Origin: Oscillatoriales cyanobacterium
GTDB lineage: Bacteria > Cyanobacteriota > Cyanobacteriia > Cyanobacteriales > Laspinemataceae
Assembly (NCBI GenBank): GCA_011390955.1
Contig: JAABRM010000001.1
Coordinates: 46,694-110,693, forward strand
Length of the DNA stretch: 64,000 nucleotides
Direction: 5' to 3'
The position numbers and the translations under genes were made by a program. The notes below the pieces were generated by a model. That model worked only from the letters and a program-made list of their open reading frames with translations. It did no database searches and was not told the origin of the DNA. This document shows, in pieces, positions 9,524 to 17,875 of the stretch. Positions within the stretch are counted from its first letter, which is position 1. Each line of letters begins with the position of its first letter.

Positions 9524-9596
9524 AGCCGATGACGGGAGTCGAACCCGTGGCCATTCGATTACGAATCGAATGCTCTGGCCTCTGAGCTACACCGGC
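9524..9596 (-). tRNA. tRNA-Thr (anticodon CGU)
   Basis: Reverse complement reads 'GCCGGTGTAGCTCAGAGGCCAGAGCATTCGATTCGTAATCGAATGGCCACGGGTTCGACTCCCGTCATCGGCT'. It has a 7-bp acceptor stem, D-arm GCTC/GAGC, anticodon loop TTCGTAA (anticodon CGT) and T-arm 'ACGGGTTCGACTCCCGT'. Confidence 0.85.
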
Positions 9597-9823
9597 AATG
9601 AACACATACACCGATTATAGCAGAGGTGCGGAAATTTGCATAGAGGTGAAGCAGAAAAATTATCGGCAGTTGATTCCCCCTGCCTGGGGTGACGGCCAGG
9701 GGTGTCAAATTCCGCAGCTTTTGTCAATAATATAGATTGAGGTTGACTTGGCCGAATCATTCAGCCAAATCATCAAGCCCAACCATTACGCCAAACCATT
9801 AAGGATTCTCAAGGATTGTCATT

Positions 9824-10783
9824 ATGCCGACTTATACTGGAATTTCGAGTGAAGCATTTCGCCATCCCCTCGATCGCGAAGCGGAGGAAGCTTTACGCAG
9901 TTTACCGGGATTTGAACTCCTAGCCAGCAAATTTGTAGAATTTATCTATGAACGGCCTCAATTTGTCTATCACATGGGCAACAGTATCCAAGTTGGCCCG
10001 CGTCAGTATCCCACTTTGTACGGAATTTTTCGGGAATGTGTCAGGGATTTAGATGTTTATCCAGAACCGACTCTGTTTGTCAGCCAAAATCCGGTGGTGA
10101 ATGCCTATTCTCTGGGTAAAGAACATCCATATATTGTGATGAATACGGGGCTGTTAGATATTCTCAATGAAACAGAACTTCGCTCGGTGATTGCCCATGA
10201 ACTTGGCCATATTAAATGCGAACATACTATTTTAATTCAAATGGCAATTTGGGCGATTAACTTTGCTTCAACTTTAGGAGAAATGACGATGGGCTTAGGC
10301 AATTTAATCGGCAGCGGCTTGATTTTCGCGTTTTATGAATGGCGACGAAAAGCAGAATTATCGGCAGATCGCGCTTCCCTGTTGGTGATGGATGATTTAA
10401 ATCCAGTGATGTATAGCATGATGAAAATTGCCGGGGGAAGTGGCAATTTTAGCCATGAATGTCACTTAGATGAATTTATTAAACAGTCGGAAAATTATCA
10501 GGAACTTGATGATGATAATCTGAATCAGTTGTATAAGTTTTTACTGTACAACGGGGCACAAGGTATGATGTTAAGTCATCCGTTTCCCGTGGAACGCCTC
10601 AGCTATTTACGAGAATGGGCAGTTTCACGAGAATATCAACAAATTAGAGCGGGGAATTATGCTCGGGCAGGGGCACAAGGTTCGGTGCCGGTGCGGTCTG
10701 AATCCTCATCGGATGAAGCGGAAAAGTTGCGGCGGCAAATTGAGGAGTTGCAACAACAAATCGATCGCATTAAGTCCAAGTAA
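9824..10783 (+). CDS. M48-family zinc metallopeptidase with C-terminal coiled coil
   Basis: HEXXH motif in 'VIAHELGHIKCEH'. Overall Ste24/HtpX-like layout. C-terminal 'EKLRRQIEELQQQIDRIKSK'. Confidence 0.75.
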   Translation: MPTYTGISSEAFRHPLDREAEEALRSLPGFELLASKFVEFIYERPQFVYHMGNSIQVGPRQYPTLYGIFRECVRDLDVYPEPTLFVSQNPVVNAYSLGKEHPYIVMNTGLLDILNETELRSVIAHELGHIKCEHTILIQMAIWAINFASTLGEMTMGLGNLIGSGLIFAFYEWRRKAELSADRASLLVMDDLNPVMYSMMKIAGGSGNFSHECHLDEFIKQSENYQELDDDNLNQLYKFLLYNGAQGMMLSHPFPVERLSYLREWAVSREYQQIRAGNYARAGAQGSVPVRSESSSDEAEKLRRQIEELQQQIDRIKSK

Positions 10784-10796
10784 TTCAAATTAGTTT

Positions 10797-12164
10797 ATGT
10801 CTAAATACGGCTACCTCTATCGCTTGGTAGGGGCGATCGCCATTTCCTCTGCTATTGTATCCCTGACCCTGGGGACGGTAATGAGATCGCACGAAAATGG
10901 GCGATCGACGAAACCACTCAACCTGTTGGCTGTCTCCAGACCGGCAGATCCGTTTCGAGAAGCGATCGGTCAAGCAACCAGGGCGGCAACTCTGGCTCAA
11001 AGCGCCTTCAGTCCCGCAGACTGGAACAAGGTAGCAATGGCTTGGATCGAGGCAGTGGCTTGGATGCAAACTGTTCCGCCCAATAGTCCTAAGCGGGTAT
11101 TTGCGGAGAAAAAAGTCGCGGAATATTTACAAAATTTCACCTTTGCCCAACGACGGGCAGCGGGAAATTTTGGCCTATCTTATCCCACTTTTAACAGTGA
11201 AATCCTCGATAGACAACTGGAATTGTATTTGTCTTATATTGCCGCAGTGGGCATTCCTGATGTGGCGATAATTGGCAGTTCCCGGGCGTTGCAAGGGATC
11301 GATCCCAGTGTTTTACAGCAAGCCTTGGCTGCCCAGGGTTATCCGGGGTTAAGAATTTTTAACTTTGGCGTCAATGGTGCGACGGCTCAAGTAGTCAATT
11401 TTATGTTGAGCCAATTGTTAACCCCCAACCAACTGCCTCGGATGATTATTTGGGCAGATGGTTTGCGAGCATTTAACAATGGTCGAGTCGATCGCACCTA
11501 CAACGAAATTCTCAATTCTCCGGGCTATCGACTCTTAAGGTCTGGCACTCGCCCCACTTTGGGGTCGCAATTGCCCGCTACCGCCATCAGTGAAGGGACT
11601 TTTCAGAACCAACAGCTTTATAGTTATCACCCCGTGGCTAATTATGCCACCTCAGACCCAAGAGTTTATCGCTTAGTCGGGGAAATTGTTCCGGGAATTT
11701 TAGCCCAAGGGCTCCAGGGAACTTCTCTGTTTGAAGCCATTGATGCCAATGGTTTTAGGGCTGTCTCTACTCGATTTAATCCCTCGGTTTATTATCAACA
11801 AAATCCGCGAGTATCGGGAAATTATGATGGGGACTATGCCCAGTTTCAACTCGGAGGGAGTCAAGAGGCGGCATTGCGATCGGCGGTCGCCCTCACCAAA
11901 GCCCGGAAAATTCCCTTGTTGGTGGTCAACTTGCCCGTGACCAATGACTACCTGGACAGCACCCGCAGTAATCGCCAACAACAATTTCGCCAGTATATGC
12001 AGAATCAGGCGCGATCGCTTGGTTTTGTCTGGCGGGACTATTCTCAAGGAAATCTCAGCCGCAATGATTATTTTGAAGACCCCAGTCACCTCAACCGCTT
12101 TGGCGCAGCGGCAGTAGCGCGGCAACTGGCGGGGGATCAAGCGCTGCGCTGGCCGAGACGGTGA
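10797..12164 (+). CDS. hypothetical membrane-anchored exported protein (possible SGNH/GDSL-like fold, uncertain)
   Basis: N-terminal hydrophobic anchor 'LVGAIAISSAIVSLTLGTV'. Blocks 'AIIGSSRALQGID' and 'NFGVNGATA' are loosely reminiscent of SGNH hydrolase blocks. No firm family assignment. Confidence 0.45.
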   Translation: MSKYGYLYRLVGAIAISSAIVSLTLGTVMRSHENGRSTKPLNLLAVSRPADPFREAIGQATRAATLAQSAFSPADWNKVAMAWIEAVAWMQTVPPNSPKRVFAEKKVAEYLQNFTFAQRRAAGNFGLSYPTFNSEILDRQLELYLSYIAAVGIPDVAIIGSSRALQGIDPSVLQQALAAQGYPGLRIFNFGVNGATAQVVNFMLSQLLTPNQLPRMIIWADGLRAFNNGRVDRTYNEILNSPGYRLLRSGTRPTLGSQLPATAISEGTFQNQQLYSYHPVANYATSDPRVYRLVGEIVPGILAQGLQGTSLFEAIDANGFRAVSTRFNPSVYYQQNPRVSGNYDGDYAQFQLGGSQEAALRSAVALTKARKIPLLVVNLPVTNDYLDSTRSNRQQQFRQYMQNQARSLGFVWRDYSQGNLSRNDYFEDPSHLNRFGAAAVARQLAGDQALRWPRR

Positions 12165-12512
12165 CAGTGGTGTCTCCTGGGTCGGTTTAGTGCATGATTG
12201 TAAAAAGTTTGTATCAATGGCAACCGATGTGGAACAATTCACCATAAAGTAAATTAAGTCAGGGTCATCTTTTATCCGTGGTGGTTGTCTCCAATGAGGA
12301 ATAATCATCCCATTGATGCAGTAAACGACGGTAAAATGTCCTGGACAATTCCCGGATTGACCGCCCATAGCCCAGTTTCTCCGAACCATTTTTTCTCTGT
12401 AAAAATTCGGACAAATATTCAGACAGGGTATTGGGATCGGATATTGAGACTAGATCGCTCACAACATCATGGGCAGCATATTGGTGCAAAATAATACATT
12501 AAAGCTTTTAAC

Positions 12513-12565
12513 TGACCGTTAGCCGTTAGCCGTCAAACGTTAACCGTTAACCGTTAACCGTCAAC
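12513..12565. repeat. hexanucleotide tandem array (CCGTTA/ACCGTT variants)
   Basis: 'ccgttagccgttagccgtcaaacgttaaccgttaaccgttaaccgtcaacggtcaacc'. Confidence 0.7.
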
Positions 12566-12642
12566 GGTCAACCAATAAAGCTTTCTCAGGCGATGACAAA
12601 TTTGATTGGAAATATTCGATTGGAAATAGGAGTATAAACCTT

Positions 12643-13344
12643 ATGGTCGTCTCCACGGGGCAACAAGCAGCTACCCAACTCACGCATTCTCTCCGAGCCA
12701 AACATCCGAAAAAGCATAATCATTACGGGTTTAAGGACTTTTTTCATTTTGATTCTACCCAAGGCACCATTACCGACTGGAATAACGCTCGGAATATTCT
12801 GACCAGTGAAGATTTTATCATTGGTTTAGTGGAAGGATTAGAAGAAGAAGTCGGCCCAGCTTCTTCGGTGATTATGTACACCATTGGCGAAGAATGGGGC
12901 AACAAAGATGCTGCTTTTTTTAAAGAATGGTTTGAAAAAGAATATGAGCGAGAAGTGCGCCAGACTAATTTAATGTTTCTATTAGAAACTTGGTGGTGGC
13001 CTTTTACTTCTCAAGGCTGGGGACGATGGGAAGTCGATTTGAGCGATCGCAAACATGGGTTTATGTTCATTAACTTATTTGATTCTGCCGTAGCTCGCAC
13101 CCTGGGAGACGTGGGCAAACCCGTTTGTTATATCTACGCGGGATTATTTGCCGGTTTCTTTAGTTGCTTAGTGAAAAAACCCCTAAGCTGCATTGAATTG
13201 CAATGCTACTCAATGGGAGAAACTTACTGTAAATTTCTCATCGGCAACAAAGACCGGATTGATGCGGCAGCTTTTTGGCAAAATGAAGGAGCCACCGCTA
13301 ATGATATTCAACGACGAATGCAGTCCGGGGATCGACTAAAATGA
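12643..13344 (+). CDS. V4R (4-vinyl-reductase-like) domain protein, paralog 1
   Basis: C-terminal V4R cysteine signature 'CYIYAGLFAGFFSCLVKKPLSCIELQCYSMGETYCKF'. Paralogous to 14289-14957 ('IIGLVEGLEEEVG' vs 'IDAIYSGLEKETG'). Confidence 0.7.
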   Translation: MVVSTGQQAATQLTHSLRAKHPKKHNHYGFKDFFHFDSTQGTITDWNNARNILTSEDFIIGLVEGLEEEVGPASSVIMYTIGEEWGNKDAAFFKEWFEKEYEREVRQTNLMFLLETWWWPFTSQGWGRWEVDLSDRKHGFMFINLFDSAVARTLGDVGKPVCYIYAGLFAGFFSCLVKKPLSCIELQCYSMGETYCKFLIGNKDRIDAAAFWQNEGATANDIQRRMQSGDRLK

Positions 13345-13616
13345 ACCAGGCAAAGACTTTACTAAAACTATCAGTCGATCGGTTTTTTAGCCAATGCAAC
13401 TGGACTGGTCAACCCCTAGCAATTCTGGAAAATGCCGATCTAGAAACTGTTCCCGAAATTCGCCTGAGTTTATTAGTCAGCGAATATTTCCGCTTACTTC
13501 CCTGGGAAGGAACTCCGATCGTTGGTTCTCTGCCAAAAGTATCGGCTAATGTTGATTTGCTAGAAACCGATCCCCTTGATGATGTCACCCTTGAGGATCT
13601 CCTCGACTCTTTTTAG
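13341..13616 (+). CDS. hypothetical acidic small protein, translationally coupled (ATGA overlap) to the upstream V4R gene
   Basis: Start overlaps the previous stop by 4 nt. No known motif. Confidence 0.4.
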   Translation: MNQAKTLLKLSVDRFFSQCNWTGQPLAILENADLETVPEIRLSLLVSEYFRLLPWEGTPIVGSLPKVSANVDLLETDPLDDVTLEDLLDSF

Positions 13617-13617
13617 A

Positions 13618-13695
13618 GAGTAGGGTGGGCAATATCTTGCCCACCCTACGAATTGCTACAGTAGTAGGGTGGGCAAGATATTGCCCACCCTACAG
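13618..13695. repeat. two tandem perfect palindromes of the GTAGGG...CCCTAC family (terminator-like hairpins)
   Basis: 'gtagggtgggcaatatcttgcccaccctac' and 'gtagggtgggcaagatattgcccaccctac'. They lie immediately after the stop at 13616. Confidence 0.75.
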
Positions 13696-13750
13696 ATAGC
13701 TACAGATAGTTGAAATACTATTTATCCACATCTACCTAAGAATTAACGCT

Positions 13751-14227
13751 ATGCACCCAGAGCTTTTGAGCCTACTAGAAACGGCTGAACAGCGCTACCT
13801 AGAACCGAAAGAGATTGAACTTTATCGTCGCCATGCGGCCTCTTTAAATCGACGCTTACAAGCCTATGAAATGCTGCGAGAACAAGAAACAAAAATTTTT
13901 CAAGCGATCGCCGATAGACTGGTGAATGCATTACCAAATGAAAGCCAAGAAAATTTAGAACGGTGTTTGAAATATTGGCTGTTAATTGTGCGCTATAGTG
14001 CCACAGCGATGCTAATCAACGATCTTTCTTATTTACAAAACCGTTTGCAGGAATGGGTTAAGGGTTTACTAGAAACTTATGAAACCTATCAAATTGATGT
14101 GCAGGTTTATGACTTACTGATGCAGGAATTAAAAAATTACCTATCTCAAGACGATGTGCGGTTATTAGATCCGGTTCTCCAAAAAGCTAAGGATTTAATT
14201 ATCTCTAAGCAACCCGGCAATTCCTGA
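13751..14227 (+). CDS. phycobiliprotein-family (globin-fold, allophycocyanin-like 'Apl'-type) protein, orphan
   Basis: Region 'ERCLKYWLLIVRYSATAMLINDLSYLQNRLQEW' parallels the phycobiliprotein core '[29 protein letters not shown]'; the Cys sits at the chromophore-attachment position followed by the aromatic/LRIVxY block. No partner subunit, linker or lyase genes nearby. Confidence 0.6.
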   Translation: MHPELLSLLETAEQRYLEPKEIELYRRHAASLNRRLQAYEMLREQETKIFQAIADRLVNALPNESQENLERCLKYWLLIVRYSATAMLINDLSYLQNRLQEWVKGLLETYETYQIDVQVYDLLMQELKNYLSQDDVRLLDPVLQKAKDLIISKQPGNS

Positions 14228-14288
14228 AAAGTTAAGCAGAAAAATTGATTCAGTTTCAGCTAATTAAATATGAGGAATAGGAAGCAAA

Positions 14289-14957
14289 ATGATCTCAATT
14301 ACCAATTTGTTGGAAGATAACGATAAACTTTCAGGAAATTATTTTTCCTCGGATGTTTATGTGAAGGGGGATTTAGAGTTAGGACTATTAGAAAATCGTC
14401 GGGGCGATCGCCTCTTGGCTTTACCGGATACCCTGATTGATGCCATTTACAGCGGTTTGGAAAAAGAAACCGGATCTGCCACCCGTTTAGTGCTGTTTAA
14501 TTGTGGTAAATGGTGGGGCAAGAATTTATATGTCCGTTTTTGCGAAGAAATCCAAGATTACTATAATAAATCAATTGCAGAAATGGACATGATTTCGTTT
14601 GTCCAATGTTTACAACAATTTTGGAAAACTCATGGCTGGGGATTATTTGAATTTGACCAAACTTATTATCAACAAGGATTTTTGGTCTTTAAAATTACTA
14701 ATTCTTCTTTTGCCAAGAAAACCGAGAACTGGTCTGGTCCTGCTTGTTTTTTAGAAGCGGGGATTTTAACTAGCTATTTTAGTCAACTCACCGGACGAGA
14801 ACTTACCTGCGTGCAAACCACTTGTGAATCCCTTGGGGCTGATTGTAATCGGTTTATTTTGGGTTTGCCCGACCGTCTGGAACCAGTGGAAGGTTGGGTT
14901 ACAGAAGGTCTAAACCATGACACGATTATGCATCGATTGTCTGAAACCCAAAATTAA
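14289..14957 (+). CDS. V4R (4-vinyl-reductase-like) domain protein, paralog 2
   Basis: V4R signature 'CFLEAGILTSYFSQLTGRELTCVQTTCESLGADCNRF'. Confidence 0.7.
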   Translation: MISITNLLEDNDKLSGNYFSSDVYVKGDLELGLLENRRGDRLLALPDTLIDAIYSGLEKETGSATRLVLFNCGKWWGKNLYVRFCEEIQDYYNKSIAEMDMISFVQCLQQFWKTHGWGLFEFDQTYYQQGFLVFKITNSSFAKKTENWSGPACFLEAGILTSYFSQLTGRELTCVQTTCESLGADCNRFILGLPDRLEPVEGWVTEGLNHDTIMHRLSETQN

Positions 14958-15061
14958 AGATGTTTGACCTGAATTTACTTGGTAAAACTGGGGGCGGCGA
15001 TGCCACGAAGCGGTTCCGGAAAGGGAATCGCAAATCAGATCGATTTGCCCCCAGTTTTATG

Positions 15062-15550
15062 TCTGATTTTATAGCACTTGTCAGAGTTATGAAGTACAAA
15101 AAAACCTGTCATTCCCGCCTTCGCGGGAATCCAGAAAACCTCTGTAATCCAGATAATAACCGCTATACAGCCTATTCAGAAATAATCCGATCCAATCTCT
15201 ATAGCACTTGTCATAGTTATGAAGTACAAAAAAACCTGTCATTCCCGCCTTCGCGGGAATCCAGAAAACCTCTGTAATCCAGATAATAACCGCTATACAG
15301 CCTATTCAGAAATAATCCGATCCAATCTCTATAGCACTTGTCATAGTTATGAAGTACAAAAAAACCTGTCATTCCCGCCTTCGCGGGAATCCAGAAAACC
15401 TCTGTACTTCATCCAGATAAGTAGGTGAAAATAATTAATTGCACTTTTCGTTTTCCGCCAATAGGCTTTGGATTCCCGCCTTCGCGGGAATGACAGCCTT
15501 TCTTCTCGTGGGGTCTGTAGTGCATTTATTTCTGCCCACCTACTTAATAA
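15062..15550. repeat. MITE-like composite repeat; left module triplicated as a ~130-bp tandem unit, followed by inverted right module
   Basis: Three near-identical units 'agcacttgtcatagttatgaagtacaaaaaaacctgtcattcccgccttcgcgggaatccagaaaacctctgtaatccagataataaccgctatacagcctattcagaaataatccgatccaatctctat'. These are followed by 'ggattcccgccttcgcgggaatgacagcc...tttatttctgcccacctactta'. Confidence 0.8.
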
Positions 15551-15618
15551 CCGCTATATGTTTTATTTTATGTCTGATTAATCCTTTCCCCCGTCACCCA
15601 CAAACAGAAACCCGGTTT

Positions 15619-17709
15619 CTAGGCAAAATGCCAAATTTTGACCGTTCTGTCCCAACTGCCACTGACCAAAGTTTGACCATCAGGACTAAAGGCTAAAGAG
15701 TTTACAGTTCCTAAATGGTTGAGAGTTTGTAGTAGTTCTCCGGTGTGATAATTCCAGATTCTAATGGTGTTATCTTGGCCCCCACTGGCGAGAGTTTGGC
15801 GATCGGGACTGAAGGCTAAACAAGATACATAACCTTCATGGTCAGTGAGGCTTTTTTCTAGTTTGCCGGTTTCCAGATTCCATAAATAAATTGGTTGGTC
15901 AGAACCACCGCTGGCAATGATTTTGTCATCGGGACTAATGGCGATCGCCCAAATAATGCCTTTAGACTGATCGAACCAAGAGGCTAATGACCCAAAAAAA
16001 TCATCGGGGCGGTTTAATGTTCGCAGTCTTTTTTCTGCCCGCCAATTCCAAATCATAATCGCACTATCGGCGCCGCCACTGACCAAAATTCGACCATCAG
16101 AACTAAAGGCGATCGCGGTAACTTCCCAGCCATGTCCTTTTAAAGTATATGCAACTTTGCCTCGATCTATTTGCCAAATTCTAATCGCCGTATCCACAGC
16201 GGTAAAACCAATATGTCCACTAGCAAGATATTGTTGGTCACGACTAAATGCCAAACTCCCTACCCGCAGATTGACTAATGAAGCGCCCAGAGATTTTTGC
16301 AGCTTTCTCGTATTTAAATCCCACAGCTTAATTGTGCCATCATTAAATTCGTGATTGCTGGAACTAGCTAATATTTTCCCATCGGGACTAAACGCCAGCG
16401 CAATAATCGCGCTATGGTGTCCGGTGAGGGTTTCTAGGATTTCTCCGGTTGCCGCATTCCATAGTTTAATTGTATTATCTTGACTGCCACTGGCGATGGT
16501 TTTTCCATCAGGACTCATGGCTACGCAAATAATCGGTTGCGTATGTCCAGTTAAGATATGTTTGATTTTCCAAGCGGGAGGCGGTAAAAAGTCTTTCCAG
16601 CTTGGGGGTTTAACGGCAGGATTTTGGCAAATTACCGGCAACCAACTCACCCCCGGATATTTTTTATCCCAGGCATCTTCGAGTTTTTTGCGGGCTAATA
16701 ATACTGAGGTATAAAAAGATTGGTTGCTGGCAAAGGCAGTGAGGAAATCCCTTAAAAAATCCTGGGCTACTTGGTCTGGTATGCGATCGCGCATGACAAT
16801 TATCTGGGGAAACTGTAAGTCTTCCAATTCATTGGCTAATCCCAAACCGTTGCAAGAGTTAAAAAAGGCAATTTTTAAGCCATTTTGAATCGCAGTTTTT
16901 AGAGCATTTTTAAATTCGGGAATCGCCAGATTATCTTGGGCATTAAGCTTAATCCAACCAGTTGCTCGATCGAAATTGCTGTTGCTATGGCCATCAAAAA
17001 ATAAAATATCCCAGCCTTGTGGTTGCCAAAGCATATCCCGGAATGTTTCCGGTGTTGGTTCGATTAACGACACAATTTCGGCATCGTTTAAATGGAGTTT
17101 AATTAAATCTAAGTCAGGGGAACTATTGCCGTCAGGGTATTTTTCTAACCCGGTGCGATCGCCCACCACCACCAAAATTCTCACTCGGTCATGTTTGGTC
17201 TTTTCTCTCCGGGGAGGTGGGGTAAACTCTGGGGTACTCAGGGCAATTTCTACGGGAACCGAAGCATCGGCAAAAAATCTCCAAACGTGCCAAGGGAGGA
17301 GACGAAGTTGCGGGTTTTTGGTTTGAATAATCACCCTAACTTCATTCGTCCCCATTAAATTGCGATTTAATTCATCCCGGATTTTTAGCCAGTCTTCATG
17401 CCCAGAATTCAGCCATCCATTTAACTTTTGAATAAATTGACTTTTCCACTCCACAGCAGGAGTAGCCATAGGACTTTCTGGTTCGTCCTCAAATTGAGAA
17501 CGTTTCATTCCCGGAAGATTCTGATATCCTCTTTGCCAATAGTTATAAAGTTGCCAAAGCGTCGGATTTGTGTCATCTTCTGGCGGCAGTTTACCTTGCA
17601 CTTGGATTTCGCTTCCCGTAGCATCATCATCATCCTGAATTCGCAGCAAAGCCGGAAATCCTGGCTGAAAATTGCCCTCGAATAGGGTTAAGATAACTCG
17701 CTTTCCCAT
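15619..17709 (-). CDS. caspase-like (CHAT/metacaspase-type His-Cys dyad) domain fused to C-terminal WD40 repeats
   Basis: His/Cys dyad context 'ILFFDGHSNSN' ... 'IAFFNSCNGLG'. C-terminal ~8 WD40 units ('AFSPDGKILASSS...TIKLWD'). Confidence 0.8.
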   Translation of the reverse strand: MGKRVILTLFEGNFQPGFPALLRIQDDDDATGSEIQVQGKLPPEDDTNPTLWQLYNYWQRGYQNLPGMKRSQFEDEPESPMATPAVEWKSQFIQKLNGWLNSGHEDWLKIRDELNRNLMGTNEVRVIIQTKNPQLRLLPWHVWRFFADASVPVEIALSTPEFTPPPRREKTKHDRVRILVVVGDRTGLEKYPDGNSSPDLDLIKLHLNDAEIVSLIEPTPETFRDMLWQPQGWDILFFDGHSNSNFDRATGWIKLNAQDNLAIPEFKNALKTAIQNGLKIAFFNSCNGLGLANELEDLQFPQIIVMRDRIPDQVAQDFLRDFLTAFASNQSFYTSVLLARKKLEDAWDKKYPGVSWLPVICQNPAVKPPSWKDFLPPPAWKIKHILTGHTQPIICVAMSPDGKTIASGSQDNTIKLWNAATGEILETLTGHHSAIIALAFSPDGKILASSSNHEFNDGTIKLWDLNTRKLQKSLGASLVNLRVGSLAFSRDQQYLASGHIGFTAVDTAIRIWQIDRGKVAYTLKGHGWEVTAIAFSSDGRILVSGGADSAIMIWNWRAEKRLRTLNRPDDFFGSLASWFDQSKGIIWAIAISPDDKIIASGGSDQPIYLWNLETGKLEKSLTDHEGYVSCLAFSPDRQTLASGGQDNTIRIWNYHTGELLQTLNHLGTVNSLAFSPDGQTLVSGSWDRTVKIWHFA

Positions 17710-17732
17710 TGATATCTCCGATGATTACCAAT

Positions 17733-17868
17733 TCTGTAAGGTGGGCAAAATTTGCCCACCCTACTATTATTAATCGATCTTGTAAATCTTGTAAGGTGGG
17801 CAAAATTTGCCCACCCTACTATTATTAATCGATCTTGTAAGGTGGGCAAAATTTGCCCACCCTACGAT
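17733..17868. repeat. three tandem perfect palindromes (GTAAGGTGGGCAAAATTTGCCCACCCTAC) with ~45-bp period, GTAGGG...CCCTAC family
   Basis: Direct reading. They occupy the whole intergenic space between two co-oriented minus-strand genes. Confidence 0.8.
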
Positions 17869-17875
17869 TAGAAGG

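Noticed and set aside
11700-12389. ORF 11700-12389 (-) 229 aa
   Set aside because: It is antisense to the better-supported 10797-12164 gene; the composition looks typical of a shadow ORF.
14960-15428. ORFs 14960-15277 and 15219-15428 (+), and 15439-15696
   Set aside because: They lie entirely within the triplicated MITE-like module; the identical 'MKYKKTCHSRLRGNPENLCNPDNNRYTAYSEIIRSNLY' peptides simply reflect the tandem repeat.
15062-15430. Possible CRISPR array (regularly spaced direct repeats)
   Set aside because: The repeat unit is ~130 bp with no unique spacers between copies; it has no cas genes and no leader. It is a tandem duplication of a MITE module, not CRISPR.
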